A stretch of 63,978 nucleotides of DNA, filler included, from an uncultured bacterium (GTDB lineage: Bacteria; CAYJRR01): assembly GCA_964372275.1 (NCBI GenBank). It is 3 parts of 3 records of this genome, joined end to end, with 100 filler letters (N's around TTAATTAATTAA, not from the genome) between each part and the next. Parts side by side here need not be neighbours in the genome. Positions count along the whole stretch, not along the records: positions 1 to 30,541 come from CAYJRR010000051.1; 2 more parts are not named here. One strand, 5' to 3'. The number at the start of each line of letters is the position of its first letter. Position 1 is the first letter of the stretch. Positions 1 through 9,266 of this stretch are shown here, piece by piece. The position numbers were made by a program, and so were the translations under genes. The notes under the pieces are model-generated. The model searched no databases. It saw only the letters and a program-made list of their open reading frames with translations, and had not been told where the DNA came from.

Positions 1-952
1 GAGTCCGCCGCTGGTGGCGGTGATCTACGCCTCTGGCGAGATCGCCGAATGGGAGATCGGGCGCACGCCGTTCTCGGGCGAAGGGGTGGTCGGTTCGAAG
101 ACGGTGGTGCGAGCGCTCGAGCAGGCGGCGTCGGACCCGCGGGTGAAGGCGATCGTGCTGCGCGTCGACAGCCCCGGCGGCTCCGGATTCGCGTCCGACC
201 AAGTCTGGCGACAGGTGGAGAAGACCCGGAAGAAGAAGCCGGTCGTCGCCTCGATGGCAGACAGCGCGGCGTCGGGCGGCTACTACGTCTCGATGGGGGC
301 GAACGAGATCTTCGTCCTTCCGGGGACGATCACCGGATCGATCGGCGTCTTCGCGATCAAGCCGAACGTCGCCGGCCTCTACGAGAAGATCGATCTCAAG
401 AGCTACAACGTGAGCCGGGGCGCGCTGGCCGAGATCCGGACCGCCGACCGTCCGTTCACCCCCGCGGAGCGGGAGGCCCTCGAACGGATCCTCCGCGCCT
501 TCTACGGGGAGTTCATCGCCAAGGCGGCGAAGGGGCGCGAGACGACCCCGGAGAAGATCGACGAGGTGGGACGGGGCCGCGTCTGGCTGGGGGCCGAGGC
601 GGTGGAGCTCGACCTCGCCGACCGCGTGGGGGGCCTGTCGGCGGCGGTCGCCCGCGCCGCGGAGCTGGCGAAGGTCCGCCGCACGGACCTGGCCTGGCGC
701 GAGCTTCCGGAGGAGCCGGGCTTCCTCGAGCAGCTCGAGCGCCGCGAGGTGCCCCCCGAGCTCCGCGAGGCGCTGGCGTCGAGCCCCTTCGGCGCGATGA
801 TGCGCACCGCCGAGCTCGCCCGCGCGGTGGGCGTCGGCCCGCTGCCGTGGAGTCCGATCGCCCGGCTCGAGGGACCGGCCACGGTGCCGCAGCCGGCGGA
901 GCGCGAGAATCGCTGGTGGCCGCTGCCGGTTTCAGCGACCGACGGAACGTAA
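1..952 (+). CDS. sppA: signal peptide peptidase SppA (protease IV), C-terminal part, 5'-truncated
   Basis: S49 motifs RVDSPGGS, ASGGYY, TGSIGV and GRVWLG; frame open at the window start. Confidence 0.92.
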   Translation, partial: SPPLVAVIYASGEIAEWEIGRTPFSGEGVVGSKTVVRALEQAASDPRVKAIVLRVDSPGGSGFASDQVWRQVEKTRKKKPVVASMADSAASGGYYVSMGANEIFVLPGTITGSIGVFAIKPNVAGLYEKIDLKSYNVSRGALAEIRTADRPFTPAEREALERILRAFYGEFIAKAAKGRETTPEKIDEVGRGRVWLGAEAVELDLADRVGGLSAAVARAAELAKVRRTDLAWRELPEEPGFLEQLERREVPPELREALASSPFGAMMRTAELARAVGVGPLPWSPIARLEGPATVPQPAERENRWWPLPVSATDGT

Positions 953-2224
953 CGAGCGCAGGGGGAGGCGCGACAGCAGCGTCCCCTCGGACGTCCAGAG
1001 CGCGTCGCCGGTCGGGTCGAGGGCGAACGCATCGAACGGGCCTTTCGTCTCGTAGAGGACGTTTCCCGCCGCGTCGAACAGAACCAGGTGCGGCGCCGAG
1101 AGGTCCGCGCCGCGGGCCCCCTCCTCGTCGGCGTCGAAGGCGGCGGCGGCGAACGCCCCCTTCGCGGCGAGGTGGAGCTGGCTCCAGACGCGGGACGGGA
1201 CGTCGCGCGGCCGCGCCGCCGTCCACCGCACCGATCCGTCGGCGCCGAAACAGGTGAGGCGGACCTCGGGCGAGGCGTCGTAGTGCGTCTCGTCCTCCGT
1301 GCGCACGGGGGCGCCGGCGACGAGGAACGACGAGCCGTCGGGGGCGACGGCGATCTCGAGGAGGTGCGCGTCGTCGAACGCCGTCTCCGCCACCCGTGCG
1401 CCTTCGCCGTCGAATACGACGATCCGCCTCCGCCCCGGCTCGGACCCGGAATCGGCGGCGACGATCCGCGAGCCGTCGGCCGCGACGGCGACCGTGCCGG
1501 CGAACGGAACGTCGACCGACCATTGCTTGGCGAGCGTCGCGTCGAGTCGCACCAGCGATCCCCCTCCGAGCGATACGAACCCCCCGCCGCCGGCGATCGC
1601 CGCCACCGCGCCCGACAGCTTCGCCTGCGATCCGATCCGATCGCCGTTCCACCGGAGGAAGGTCGCGGTCGGGGCGCCGGTACCGTCCTCGGCCGGCACG
1701 ACCAACGCCAGGTGATCGCGGCCGGCGACGAGCGCGGCCTCGTCCGGGATCGTCCGCGGGATCGGCGCGGCCTCGGGGCCGGAGGTGGCGAACAGCAGGA
1801 CCGTCGCCGGTGCGTCCGGATCGTCGAGGCGTTCGACCCGGACCGCCGCGTGTCTTCCGTCGGTCGCGAGAAGCCACTCGACCGGCGCCCGTCCCTGGAG
1901 GTCGAGGCGGCGTCGCGCGCGCCCGCGCGTGTCGACGAGATGGACCGTGCTGCGTTTCAGCGCCGTCGCCTTCTCGTTCCAGACGCCGACCGGGATCAAC
2001 GCCGTGGTCATCGCCGCGTCGAACGCCGGTTCGCCGACCTGCGCGTTCTGCGGCTCGTCGGTCCACTCGAGGTACCAGCCGCCGGCGGCATTGCGCTTCT
2101 TGAACGGATCGCGCTCGGTGCCGCCTTTCGAGGCGGCGAACAGGATCGGCAGCGCGGCCGCGAGCGCGACGAGGCCGGCCCTAGGGACGGAGATAGCCGC
2201 CCCCGTGGCCGTGGCCGTGGCCAT
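932..2224 (-). CDS. secreted beta-propeller (WD40/PQQ-like) hypothetical protein
   Basis: Hydrophobic N-terminus and repeated xDGS/QWS blade-like motifs; ATG 2224 chosen, overlapping the M23 gene end; start uncertain. Confidence 0.6.
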   Translation of the reverse strand: MATATATGAAISVPRAGLVALAAALPILFAASKGGTERDPFKKRNAAGGWYLEWTDEPQNAQVGEPAFDAAMTTALIPVGVWNEKATALKRSTVHLVDTRGRARRRLDLQGRAPVEWLLATDGRHAAVRVERLDDPDAPATVLLFATSGPEAAPIPRTIPDEAALVAGRDHLALVVPAEDGTGAPTATFLRWNGDRIGSQAKLSGAVAAIAGGGGFVSLGGGSLVRLDATLAKQWSVDVPFAGTVAVAADGSRIVAADSGSEPGRRRIVVFDGEGARVAETAFDDAHLLEIAVAPDGSSFLVAGAPVRTEDETHYDASPEVRLTCFGADGSVRWTAARPRDVPSRVWSQLHLAAKGAFAAAAFDADEEGARGADLSAPHLVLFDAAGNVLYETKGPFDAFALDPTGDALWTSEGTLLSRLPLRSLRSVGR

Positions 2225-3101
2225 GGTCGTGATCGCGGTCGCCGTCCCCGCCGACCCCGACGCGCGCGCCGCACGGAGGGACGGAGACGTACCGCTCGGG
2301 GTCGACCGAGTAGGCGCGCTCGTAGAACGCATCGAGATTGGGGTTACGGTACGCGTTCGGCGCGCTCCGGGGAACCTCTCGGATCGTCAGGTGCAGGTGC
2401 GGTCCCGTCGAGCGCCCGGTCGTGCCGACCTGCGCGATCATCTGGCCTGCCGCGACCTCGTCCCCCGGTTGGACGCGGATCGACGACCGCCCGTAACGGA
2501 ACTTCCGTCCGCAGCAGAGATGTCCGTAGAGGGCGAAGGTGGCCGAGCCGTCGGGGTGATCGTGGCGGATCACGACGGCGTACCCGTATCCGCGCGTCCG
2601 GCCGGCGCGCACCACCGTGCCCGAGAAGGCCGCGACCAACGGTGTCCCGCCGTCGGCGGCGAAGTCGGTGCCGTCGTGGAAGACCCACCGCCGGTGGAAC
2701 GGATCGCGGCGGTTCCCATACTTGCTGCTCCGACACCCTCCGACGATCGGGACGACGACCGGTCCCAGCGGACTTCCTTCACGCGCCGCCTCCGGCACGA
2801 ACGGCTGCTCCTCGTCGGTGGCGGTCCGCTCGAGCTCGCCCACCTCGCAGACGTAGTCGCTCGAGATCCAGCCGACCTGCTCGTCGACGCGTGCCCGAAC
2901 CCATCTCCCGTTCGGCGAGGTCTCGATCACGTCGATCTCGATCCCCTCCGCGATGGCGCCGACCCGCGTTCCGTGGATCGACGGAATCGACCGGAGGTTC
3001 GCCCCCGAATCACCCGTGCGGCAGATCTCGCGCGGCTCCGCCTGGGCCACCCCCGTGACCGTCGTCAGCAGCAGCCCCCCCAGCAGCCGGCGTCCCCGCA
3101 T
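2181..3101 (-). CDS. M23 family metallopeptidase with N-terminal SH3b-like domain
   Basis: HDGTD, YGHL and GRSTGPHLH M23 motifs; ANLRS..W..GWIS SH3b pattern; signal peptide. Confidence 0.9.
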   Translation of the reverse strand: MRGRRLLGGLLLTTVTGVAQAEPREICRTGDSGANLRSIPSIHGTRVGAIAEGIEIDVIETSPNGRWVRARVDEQVGWISSDYVCEVGELERTATDEEQPFVPEAAREGSPLGPVVVPIVGGCRSSKYGNRRDPFHRRWVFHDGTDFAADGGTPLVAAFSGTVVRAGRTRGYGYAVVIRHDHPDGSATFALYGHLCCGRKFRYGRSSIRVQPGDEVAAGQMIAQVGTTGRSTGPHLHLTIREVPRSAPNAYRNPNLDAFYERAYSVDPERYVSVPPCGARVGVGGDGDRDHDHGHGHGHGGGYLRP

Positions 3102-3116
3102 GAGGCGCTACCAGGG

Positions 3117-3131
3117 GCAACGTTCGTGCCG
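3117..3131 (-). promoter_or_regulatory. sigma54-type -24/-12 motif CGGCACGAACGTTGC
   Basis: GG-N10-GC with GGCACG and TTGC, just upstream of ATG 3101. Confidence 0.65.
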
Positions 3132-3285
3132 CCGACGGACCTCCCATGAAGGTCGAAGGACGTCGCGATTCCAGGGGGTTGGGAGTTTTCGCCACGAGCC
3201 CGGGACGGGCCTTTCCGGGTCGAACACCCCCCAGTGCGACCCATCGAGGCGCAGGTCGTGCGGGGCCCGCGCCGCGGGGAGCGCC

Positions 3286-3711
3286 CTAGGAAACGGGCCA
3301 GTGGTAGAGCATCCCGTAGACCACCACGCCGGTCACCGAGACGTACGACCAGATCGGCAGCGCGTACCGCGTCAGTCGGCGATGCTCCGCGTAGCGACCC
3401 CGGGTCGCGAGGAAGATCGCCCGGAAGACGAGCGGCGGCACGGTGGCGGCGAGCGCCATGTGGCTGAACAGGAGCGCGAGGTAGATCGCCTTCCACGCGC
3501 CGTCGTCGGCGAAGTAGCGGGTGCCGACCAGCGCGTGCCGCGTGAGGTAGCCGGCGAGGAAGAGCCCCGAGGCGACGCAGGCGGCGATCATGCAGTTCCG
3601 GTGCAGCCGGCGGTCGCCGCCGCGAATCGCGCGCCAGGCGACGAAGATCAGCAGGGCGCTGGTGGCGTTGAGCGCCGCGTTGGAGTGCGGAAGGATCTCG
3701 GCCAGCGTCAT
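3286..3711 (-). CDS. DUF420 family membrane protein
   Basis: NAALNATS, H..CM, SH..LA, HRR...PIWSYVSVTGVVVY pattern; ATGA overlap with the permease gene. Confidence 0.88.
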   Translation of the reverse strand: MTLAEILPHSNAALNATSALLIFVAWRAIRGGDRRLHRNCMIAACVASGLFLAGYLTRHALVGTRYFADDGAWKAIYLALLFSHMALAATVPPLVFRAIFLATRGRYAEHRRLTRYALPIWSYVSVTGVVVYGMLYHWPVS

Positions 3712-4484
3712 GCGCGCCTCCGGCACGCCCACACCGCCGCTGCGAGCGACGCCGTGGCGAAGGCGCCCACGACCGCCAGCTCGAGCGCGGCGCCGCTGCC
3801 CCCGACCCCCACGCCGGCCGGTATCTCCCCCCCCGACAGCGCGCGCCGGATCCCCTGCACGCCGTAGGTGAGGGGGTTGACCGTCATCGTCCACGAAAGC
3901 AACCGGCTCTCTGACGCGACGGGAAACATCGCTCCGGACAACACCCACATCGGGATCAAGGCGATGCTCATCACCGCGTGGTAGCCCTGCGTCGAGTCGA
4001 GGAACCACGCCAGGAAGAAGCCGAGCGCGGTCAGTCCCGCCGACAGCAGCACCAGGTGCGTGAACAGCATCCCCCACCACACCTCCGCCGGCGGGAAACC
4101 GGCGAGCGGCGCCATCAACAGGAACAGCCCCGCCTGCACCAACGCCACCGTCGCGCCGCCGAGCACCTTGCCGGCGACCAGCGAGGCGCGCGAGGCCGGC
4201 GCGACCAGCACCGCCTGCAGGAACCCGGCGTGCCGGTCGTCGATCACCGACATGGTGCTGAAGATCGAGGTGAACAGCACCACCATCGCGATCACGCCGG
4301 GGAAGAAGTACTCCATGTAGCCGAGGCCTTCGACCCCCGGAACGCGGAACGTCCCGGCCAGCCCGGCCCCGATCACCAGCCAGAAGATCACCGGCTGACC
4401 CAACGCGCCGATCACCCGGCTCCGCTGCCGGAAGAAGCGCGTCAGGTCGCGCCGCCACAGGACCCCGACCGCCGCCGCGCTCAT
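3708..4484 (-). CDS. ABC-2 type transporter permease
   Basis: Several TM segments; RDL.RF.RQ, YFFPG, LSGAMFP and NPLTY motifs; coupled to the ATPase gene. Confidence 0.9.
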   Translation of the reverse strand: MSAAAVGVLWRRDLTRFFRQRSRVIGALGQPVIFWLVIGAGLAGTFRVPGVEGLGYMEYFFPGVIAMVVLFTSIFSTMSVIDDRHAGFLQAVLVAPASRASLVAGKVLGGATVALVQAGLFLLMAPLAGFPPAEVWWGMLFTHLVLLSAGLTALGFFLAWFLDSTQGYHAVMSIALIPMWVLSGAMFPVASESRLLSWTMTVNPLTYGVQGIRRALSGGEIPAGVGVGGSGAALELAVVGAFATASLAAAVWACRRRA

Positions 4485-5398
4485 GCCAGCCCCCGGCCGG
4501 TGATCTTGAGGAAGACGTCGGCGAGCGTCGGACGGCGGAGCGAGACGCTCCGCAGGCGCCCGGCCGGGAGCGACTCCACGATCCGCGGGATCAGCTCGTG
4601 GCCCTGCCGCCGCTCGAGCGTGACCGTTCCGCCGACGACGGTCGCCGGCCGATCGAAGCGCGCGGAGAGCTGGGCCGCGAGCCCCTCCGGGTCGTCGGCC
4701 TCGATCGTCAGCACATCGCCGCCGACGTGCTTCTTGAGCTCCGCCGGTGTGTCGCAGGCGACGATCCGCCCCCGGTCGAGCACCGCGATCCGATCGCAGC
4801 GCTCCGCCTCCTCCGGCCGGTGGGTCGTCACCAGAGCCGTCATTCCGCGCGCCCGCTCGGCGGCGATCCGCTCCCAGACCTTCAGGAAGGTCGTCTGGTC
4901 GAGCCCCTGCGTCGGTTCGTCGAGCACCAGGATCTGCGGGGCGTGGAGCAGGGCCCGCGCCACTTCCAGCCGCCGCCGCATCCCCCCGCTCAACCGTTCC
5001 ACCGGCTCGTCCGCGCGGCCGGCGAGATCCATCCACCGGAGCGCCTCGTCGACGCGCCCGAGCGCCTCGCGTCGCGGAACGGCATGGAGCGCCGCGCCGA
5101 GGACCAGGTTCTCGCGGGCGGTCAGCTTGTCGTCGAGGCTCTTGCTCTGGAACACGACGCCGTAGCACGCGCGCACCGCCGGATCGGTCGGCCGGGCGAC
5201 CCGCCCGTCGACCCGCATCTCCCCCGCGTCCGGCGCGAGCAGTCCGGTCAGGAGGTGGAAGAGGGTCGACTTTCCGGCGCCGTTCGGCCCCAGGAAACCG
5301 AGCACCTCGCCGGGCGCCGCGTCGAAGTCGACGCCGTCGACGGCGACGCGTTCCCCGAACCGCCGCGTGAGCCCGCGCGCCGTCAGCCGCGGCACCAC
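4481..5398 (-). CDS. ABC transporter ATP-binding protein
   Basis: Walker A GPNGAGKST, signature LSGGM, Walker B LDEPT; start uncertain (GTG 5398 or ATG 5506). Confidence 0.92.
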   Translation of the reverse strand: MVPRLTARGLTRRFGERVAVDGVDFDAAPGEVLGFLGPNGAGKSTLFHLLTGLLAPDAGEMRVDGRVARPTDPAVRACYGVVFQSKSLDDKLTARENLVLGAALHAVPRREALGRVDEALRWMDLAGRADEPVERLSGGMRRRLEVARALLHAPQILVLDEPTQGLDQTTFLKVWERIAAERARGMTALVTTHRPEEAERCDRIAVLDRGRIVACDTPAELKKHVGGDVLTIEADDPEGLAAQLSARFDRPATVVGGTVTLERRQGHELIPRIVESLPAGRLRSVSLRRPTLADVFLKITGRGLA

Positions 5399-5587
5399 CG
5401 CCGCCCAGATCGGCGCGGGCGGCGAAACCGGGAGCGATCGTTCGGGGACCGTGGCCCCGTCTCTGCTCGTCGGACCTCGTCGGGAAGTGGCCGCTTCGCT
5501 GCCCATCGGACCTCGGTTCGGTGAAAAAGAGACGGGCGGCCGAGAGCCGCCCGTCGTCCTCGCTCGCCTCACGAGCACGCCGTCGTC

Positions 5588-6370
5588 CTACATCGTTTCG
5601 GCGCCGCTGTAGTCGAAGCCGATCGTGGCGGGCTTGCCCTCCTCGATCGTGACGTCGGCGGTCTTGACGCCGTACTTCTCGTGCCACGCCTCGATCGTGT
5701 ATTTGCCGGCGGGCAGCTCGATCTTGGCCGTCCCGTCCTCGGCGGTGACGCCGAAGTAGGGGTTGGCGTTGACCACCGCGAAGCCGGTCATCCACGGATG
5801 GATGTCGCACTTGAAGGTGATCAGTCCGTTGTCGACGCCGAACTCCTTCGTGCTCTTGTCGAAGGAGCCGGGGGCGTTCATGGCGCGGTTGAAGATCGTC
5901 TCGTCCCCCTTGAAGGTATGGACGTTGTGGCCGGTGGCGTCGGAGCTCTTCACCGTGATCGTCTGCCCCGCGACCGCCGCGATGACCCGCGGACGGTACA
6001 TGCAGTCCTGCTGGTCGATGACGACCGGCGTCGCCGGGACCTCGACCGCGTGCGACTCCGCCCCCTTGATCACGCGCACCACGACGTTCTGCAGCTTGCC
6101 GTTGGTGACGATCACCTCTTCGGAGAGCATGTTCTTCGAGCAGAAGGCGTCCGCCTCGCGCTTCAGCTTCGCGCGCGCCGGCGCGGTGCCGGTGAAGTTC
6201 ACCGTCGCGGTGAGGGTCGTCTTCGGACCCGCCGGCGCCGCCGCCGGAGCCGCCGCCGTCTCGGTCGCCGGCTTCGCGGCCGGCGCGCTCTGGGTGGACT
6301 CACCACCCTTGCTGCAAGCGGAGACCGCGAAGGTCGCGACCGCCAGTGCTGCGAGGATTCTCGAGTTCAT
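5588..6370 (-). CDS. lipoprotein with cupredoxin-like and carboxypeptidase-regulatory-like domains
   Basis: Lipobox VSAC; HNVH and KCDIHPWM resemble type-1 copper ligands; AGGAG RBS. Confidence 0.8.
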   Translation of the reverse strand: MNSRILAALAVATFAVSACSKGGESTQSAPAAKPATETAAAPAAAPAGPKTTLTATVNFTGTAPARAKLKREADAFCSKNMLSEEVIVTNGKLQNVVVRVIKGAESHAVEVPATPVVIDQQDCMYRPRVIAAVAGQTITVKSSDATGHNVHTFKGDETIFNRAMNAPGSFDKSTKEFGVDNGLITFKCDIHPWMTGFAVVNANPYFGVTAEDGTAKIELPAGKYTIEAWHEKYGVKTADVTIEEGKPATIGFDYSGAETM

Positions 6371-6434
6371 CGTCGTGATGCTCCTTGCTTGGGGATCGCC
6401 CCGTCTCGTCGGAAATTCCGAGCGTTCGACGCGG

Positions 6435-6463
6435 CTTCTAGCACCCACCCCCGGACCGGTCAA
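6435..6463 (-). promoter_or_regulatory. sigma70-like promoter TTGACC-17-TAGAAG
   Basis: Canonical spacing with TG extension, upstream of the cupredoxin/ABC/DUF420 operon. Confidence 0.55.
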
Positions 6464-6522
6464 GCAACCCGCCAGCGCGCCCCGGCGGGCGGTCATCGAT
6501 CGGATCCGGCCGCCACGGCGGC

Positions 6523-6551
6523 TTGACCCGCCGTCGCGACCCCGCTACCTT
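6523..6551 (+). promoter_or_regulatory. sigma70-like promoter TTGACC-17-TACCTT for tRNA-Phe
   Basis: Canonical spacing; -10 ends 13 nt before the tRNA. Confidence 0.6.
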
Positions 6552-6564
6552 CCCCGGGCTTCAC

Positions 6565-6640
6565 GCCCAGGTAGCTCAGTCGGTAGAGCGAGGGACTGAA
6601 AATCCCTGCGTCGGCGGTTCAATTCCGTCCCTCGGCACCA
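6565..6640 (+). tRNA. tRNA-Phe(GAA)
   Basis: Cloverleaf with GCTC/GAGC D-stem, AGGGA-CTGAAAA-TCCCT anticodon arm, TTCAATT T-loop and encoded CCA; one C-C mismatch in the acceptor stem. Confidence 0.95.
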
Positions 6641-6722
6641 ATCTTCGCCTGGCCCGTGAATGGCGGGCGGCGCGTGGCGGGGCGGCCCCCCCCCGCTCGG
6701 GAGAGCCCACCGCGGGACACCA

Positions 6723-6732
6723 NNNNNNNNNN
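6723..6732. other. scaffold gap (10 N)
   Basis: Run of N. Confidence 1.
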
Positions 6733-6733
6733 A

Positions 6734-6766
6734 TGTGTCGGCGGTTCAATTCCGTCCCTGGGCACC
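6734..6766 (+). repeat. direct repeat of the tRNA-Phe 3' half (att-like site or truncated second tRNA)
   Basis: Matches 6607-6639 with 2 mismatches. Confidence 0.85.
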
Positions 6767-6790
6767 CGGCGCGAGCCCACCACCCCACGA

Positions 6791-7375
6791 TCACCGCAGG
6801 AAGTTCGACAAGGGAACCGGCTTCGATTCGGCGGGAGCGAGGATCGGCCGGACCGAGGCGGACCGGTCGAACGACTGGATCGAACGGTATCCGTCCGAGG
6901 ACGGGTCCCGGGGAACGTGAACGCGCTGCTCGACGAGGTCGACCATCCAGTACTCGGGAATGGCGGCGCGAGCGTAGAGCCGCGACGTGCGCCCGAGGTC
7001 GAAGTCGCGGCTCGACGATGACACCTCCACCACCAACGCGGCCGTCGCGGGATGCTCGTTCGCGTCGAAGCAGTCCATCGGTTGGCCCTTCACGACGGCC
7101 AGATCGGGCTCCGGTTCGGACCGACCGTCGAGCGCCATCGGATTCGATTGCCGCGTGTGGTAGCCGGATCCAAAGGCCCTGTCGATTTCGAGTCGGACGG
7201 CGTTCATCACGGGGGCGTGCGGGACCCCTTCCGGGCTCATCAGGAGAATCTCTCCCTCGATGAGCTCGACGGGATCTTCCGGGCCGAGAAGGTCCAGTTC
7301 GACCATCCGGTCGTACTCCTTTCGAGTCCACCGCCTGGACGGACGCTCGGTGCGATCCTCCATCTCCGTCTGCAT
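6791..7375 (-). CDS. Uma2 family PD-(D/E)xK endonuclease-like protein
   Basis: VELIEGEI..MSP, EPEPDLAV, VEVSSSS and YARAAIPEYW motifs. Confidence 0.9.
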   Translation of the reverse strand: MQTEMEDRTERPSRRWTRKEYDRMVELDLLGPEDPVELIEGEILLMSPEGVPHAPVMNAVRLEIDRAFGSGYHTRQSNPMALDGRSEPEPDLAVVKGQPMDCFDANEHPATAALVVEVSSSSRDFDLGRTSRLYARAAIPEYWMVDLVEQRVHVPRDPSSDGYRSIQSFDRSASVRPILAPAESKPVPLSNFLR

Positions 7376-7476
7376 GTCAGCATAGCCCTCCTCGCGTTGC
7401 CGGGCCATGCGCGATGCAGCCCCGGTGCCCTCTCGCAGATTTCGCCGAGGAATCGTCGAACTGCGCGAGAGTTGGC

Positions 7477-9132
7477 TCAGCGCACGCGCCAGGGCTCGAC
7501 GCGGGCGAGGGGTCGTGCGGTGAAGCGGCGTCCGGTCTCCCAGACGAGGCACTCGGCGTCGGGGTCGACCTGGTGGGCGGCGACGGTGAAGCCGGGGGTC
7601 ACCGTTTTCGGCGCGACGGGCGCGCCGTCGACGCCGAAGTCGAAGCGCACGTCGACGCTCTGCGTCCCGCCCGCATCGCGCAGCCGCACGTCGAAGGCGC
7701 AGCCGCGCGGCACGCCGTCCTCGGTGGAGAGCGACACCTCGACCGTCACCGATCCGCCGCCGAGGTCGGTCACTTGGACCGCCGCCTCCGGCCACGCCGG
7801 CTCCCCCTCTCCGTAGACCCACGCGTCGAAGTACCCGGCGAGATCGAGACCCGTCGCCGTCTCCAGTGCCTCCCGCACGTCGCCGACCGATATCGCGCGC
7901 TCGCCACCGAGGAGGGTCGCCACCGCCGCGAGGACGTCGGCTCGCGAGGAGAGCCCCTCGATCTGGCGGAACAGCACCATCGGACCCGGACCGTAGGCGT
8001 CGCCGTAGTAGTCGAGCAGCGGAGGCGCTTCGGCGGGGACGGGGAAGTGGTCGGCGAACTCCGACCACTCCTTCCAGGCGGCGGCGGTCGCGGCCGCCAC
8101 CGACGGGGAGATCCGCTCCTCCTCGGTCACGAAGGTGAGGTACTCGGCCATCGCCTCCTTCCAGACGAAGTCGTGCACGGAGCGCAGGGTCGTCTGGTCG
8201 CCGGCCCACTGGTGGGTGATCTCGTGGAGGACGACGTGCGTCAGCGGATCGGCGTAGGGGCTGTTCGAGCCGGCCAGATCCTCGGAGAGCGCGATCGTCC
8301 CGGGGTGCTCGAATCCGGCCCAGTAGGTCGGCGCCACCACGAAGCGCAGCTCGCCGCCGTAGGGAAAGGCGCCGAAGGTGTCGGCCATCCACTCCAGATG
8401 CGCCCGCGCGTCGGTCGTCGAGAAGGCGGCGGCGATCCCGGTCGACGGCGTGTCGAAGAGGGTCGCCTCGACGCCGCCGGCCCAGGTCCCGAGCGGCGTC
8501 TCGACCCACGACCGGCTCGCCAGGACGGCGAAGGTGCTGTAGGTGGGCCCGCCGTCGAAGTCGAAGGTGCAGACGGTACGCGTCGCCTGCGCGACGATCT
8601 CGCCCGGACAGAGGACGCGCACCCCCGCCGGATGGTCGACGGTGAATCGGTAGGTCGCGAAGCGGTCGGGGCGCGCATCGCAGGCGCCGTTCCGGTCGCA
8701 CTCCCCGACCCAACTAAGGAGATAGGTGAAGTCGTTCCCTTCGGCGTCCTCGGTGACCGAGAATCCGACCTGGCTCTGGCCCCACGTCTCCTCCGGGACC
8801 TCGGCGGTGACCGAGACGGTCACCGCCTCGCCGGCGCTCCACCCCGGGCCGCACGCGAAAAGGCGTCCCCCGTCGAGCTCCAGGTCGTCCGCCGGCTCGC
8901 CGTCGAGCCGGACCTCCTCCACCGAGGCCGGGCCGAAATCGATCTCCAGGCACTCCCCCCCGTCCTCGGGCGTGATCGTCAGCTCGACCGTCGCCTCGCG
9001 CGATTCGAGATCGAGCGCCACCTCGTAGTGCGTCACGGCGTAGTCGCGGATCTCGGCCGGGCCGCCCTTCTCGCCGCCGCATCCGAGCGCAATCGCGACG
9101 CCCGCCGCCGATAGGAGCCGCCTTCCGGCCAT
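7477..9132 (-). CDS. M1 family aminopeptidase, lipoprotein
   Basis: AGFEH (GAMEN-like), HEITH-x18-E and lipobox LGC. Confidence 0.88.
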   Translation of the reverse strand: MAGRRLLSAAGVAIALGCGGEKGGPAEIRDYAVTHYEVALDLESREATVELTITPEDGGECLEIDFGPASVEEVRLDGEPADDLELDGGRLFACGPGWSAGEAVTVSVTAEVPEETWGQSQVGFSVTEDAEGNDFTYLLSWVGECDRNGACDARPDRFATYRFTVDHPAGVRVLCPGEIVAQATRTVCTFDFDGGPTYSTFAVLASRSWVETPLGTWAGGVEATLFDTPSTGIAAAFSTTDARAHLEWMADTFGAFPYGGELRFVVAPTYWAGFEHPGTIALSEDLAGSNSPYADPLTHVVLHEITHQWAGDQTTLRSVHDFVWKEAMAEYLTFVTEEERISPSVAAATAAAWKEWSEFADHFPVPAEAPPLLDYYGDAYGPGPMVLFRQIEGLSSRADVLAAVATLLGGERAISVGDVREALETATGLDLAGYFDAWVYGEGEPAWPEAAVQVTDLGGGSVTVEVSLSTEDGVPRGCAFDVRLRDAGGTQSVDVRFDFGVDGAPVAPKTVTPGFTVAAHQVDPDAECLVWETGRRFTARPLARVEPWRVR

Positions 9133-9234
9133 CGTCCGGCGCAGGATGCCACAGACGGGACCGGCGTGGTGCGGCGGGGCGCCGCGAAACCAGGCGGCGA
9201 TCGTCCCGGCGTCGTCGCGACACGGAGTTGCACG

Positions 9235-9249
9235 CGGCATGTCGCTTGC
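9235..9249 (+). promoter_or_regulatory. sigma54-type motif CGGCATGTCGCTTGC
   Basis: GG-N10-GC upstream of ATG 9267. Confidence 0.55.
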
Positions 9250-9266
9250 TTTCACGGTCCCCACCG

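Noticed and set aside
2181..2240. His-rich tail DHDHGHGHGH on the M23 peptidase
   Set aside because: Encoded by a short GGCCAC repeat overlapping the next gene's start; may be a by-product of the overlap
7416..7430. sigma54-like motif upstream of the Uma2 gene
   Set aside because: Weaker match and a non-exported target; could be chance in GC-rich DNA
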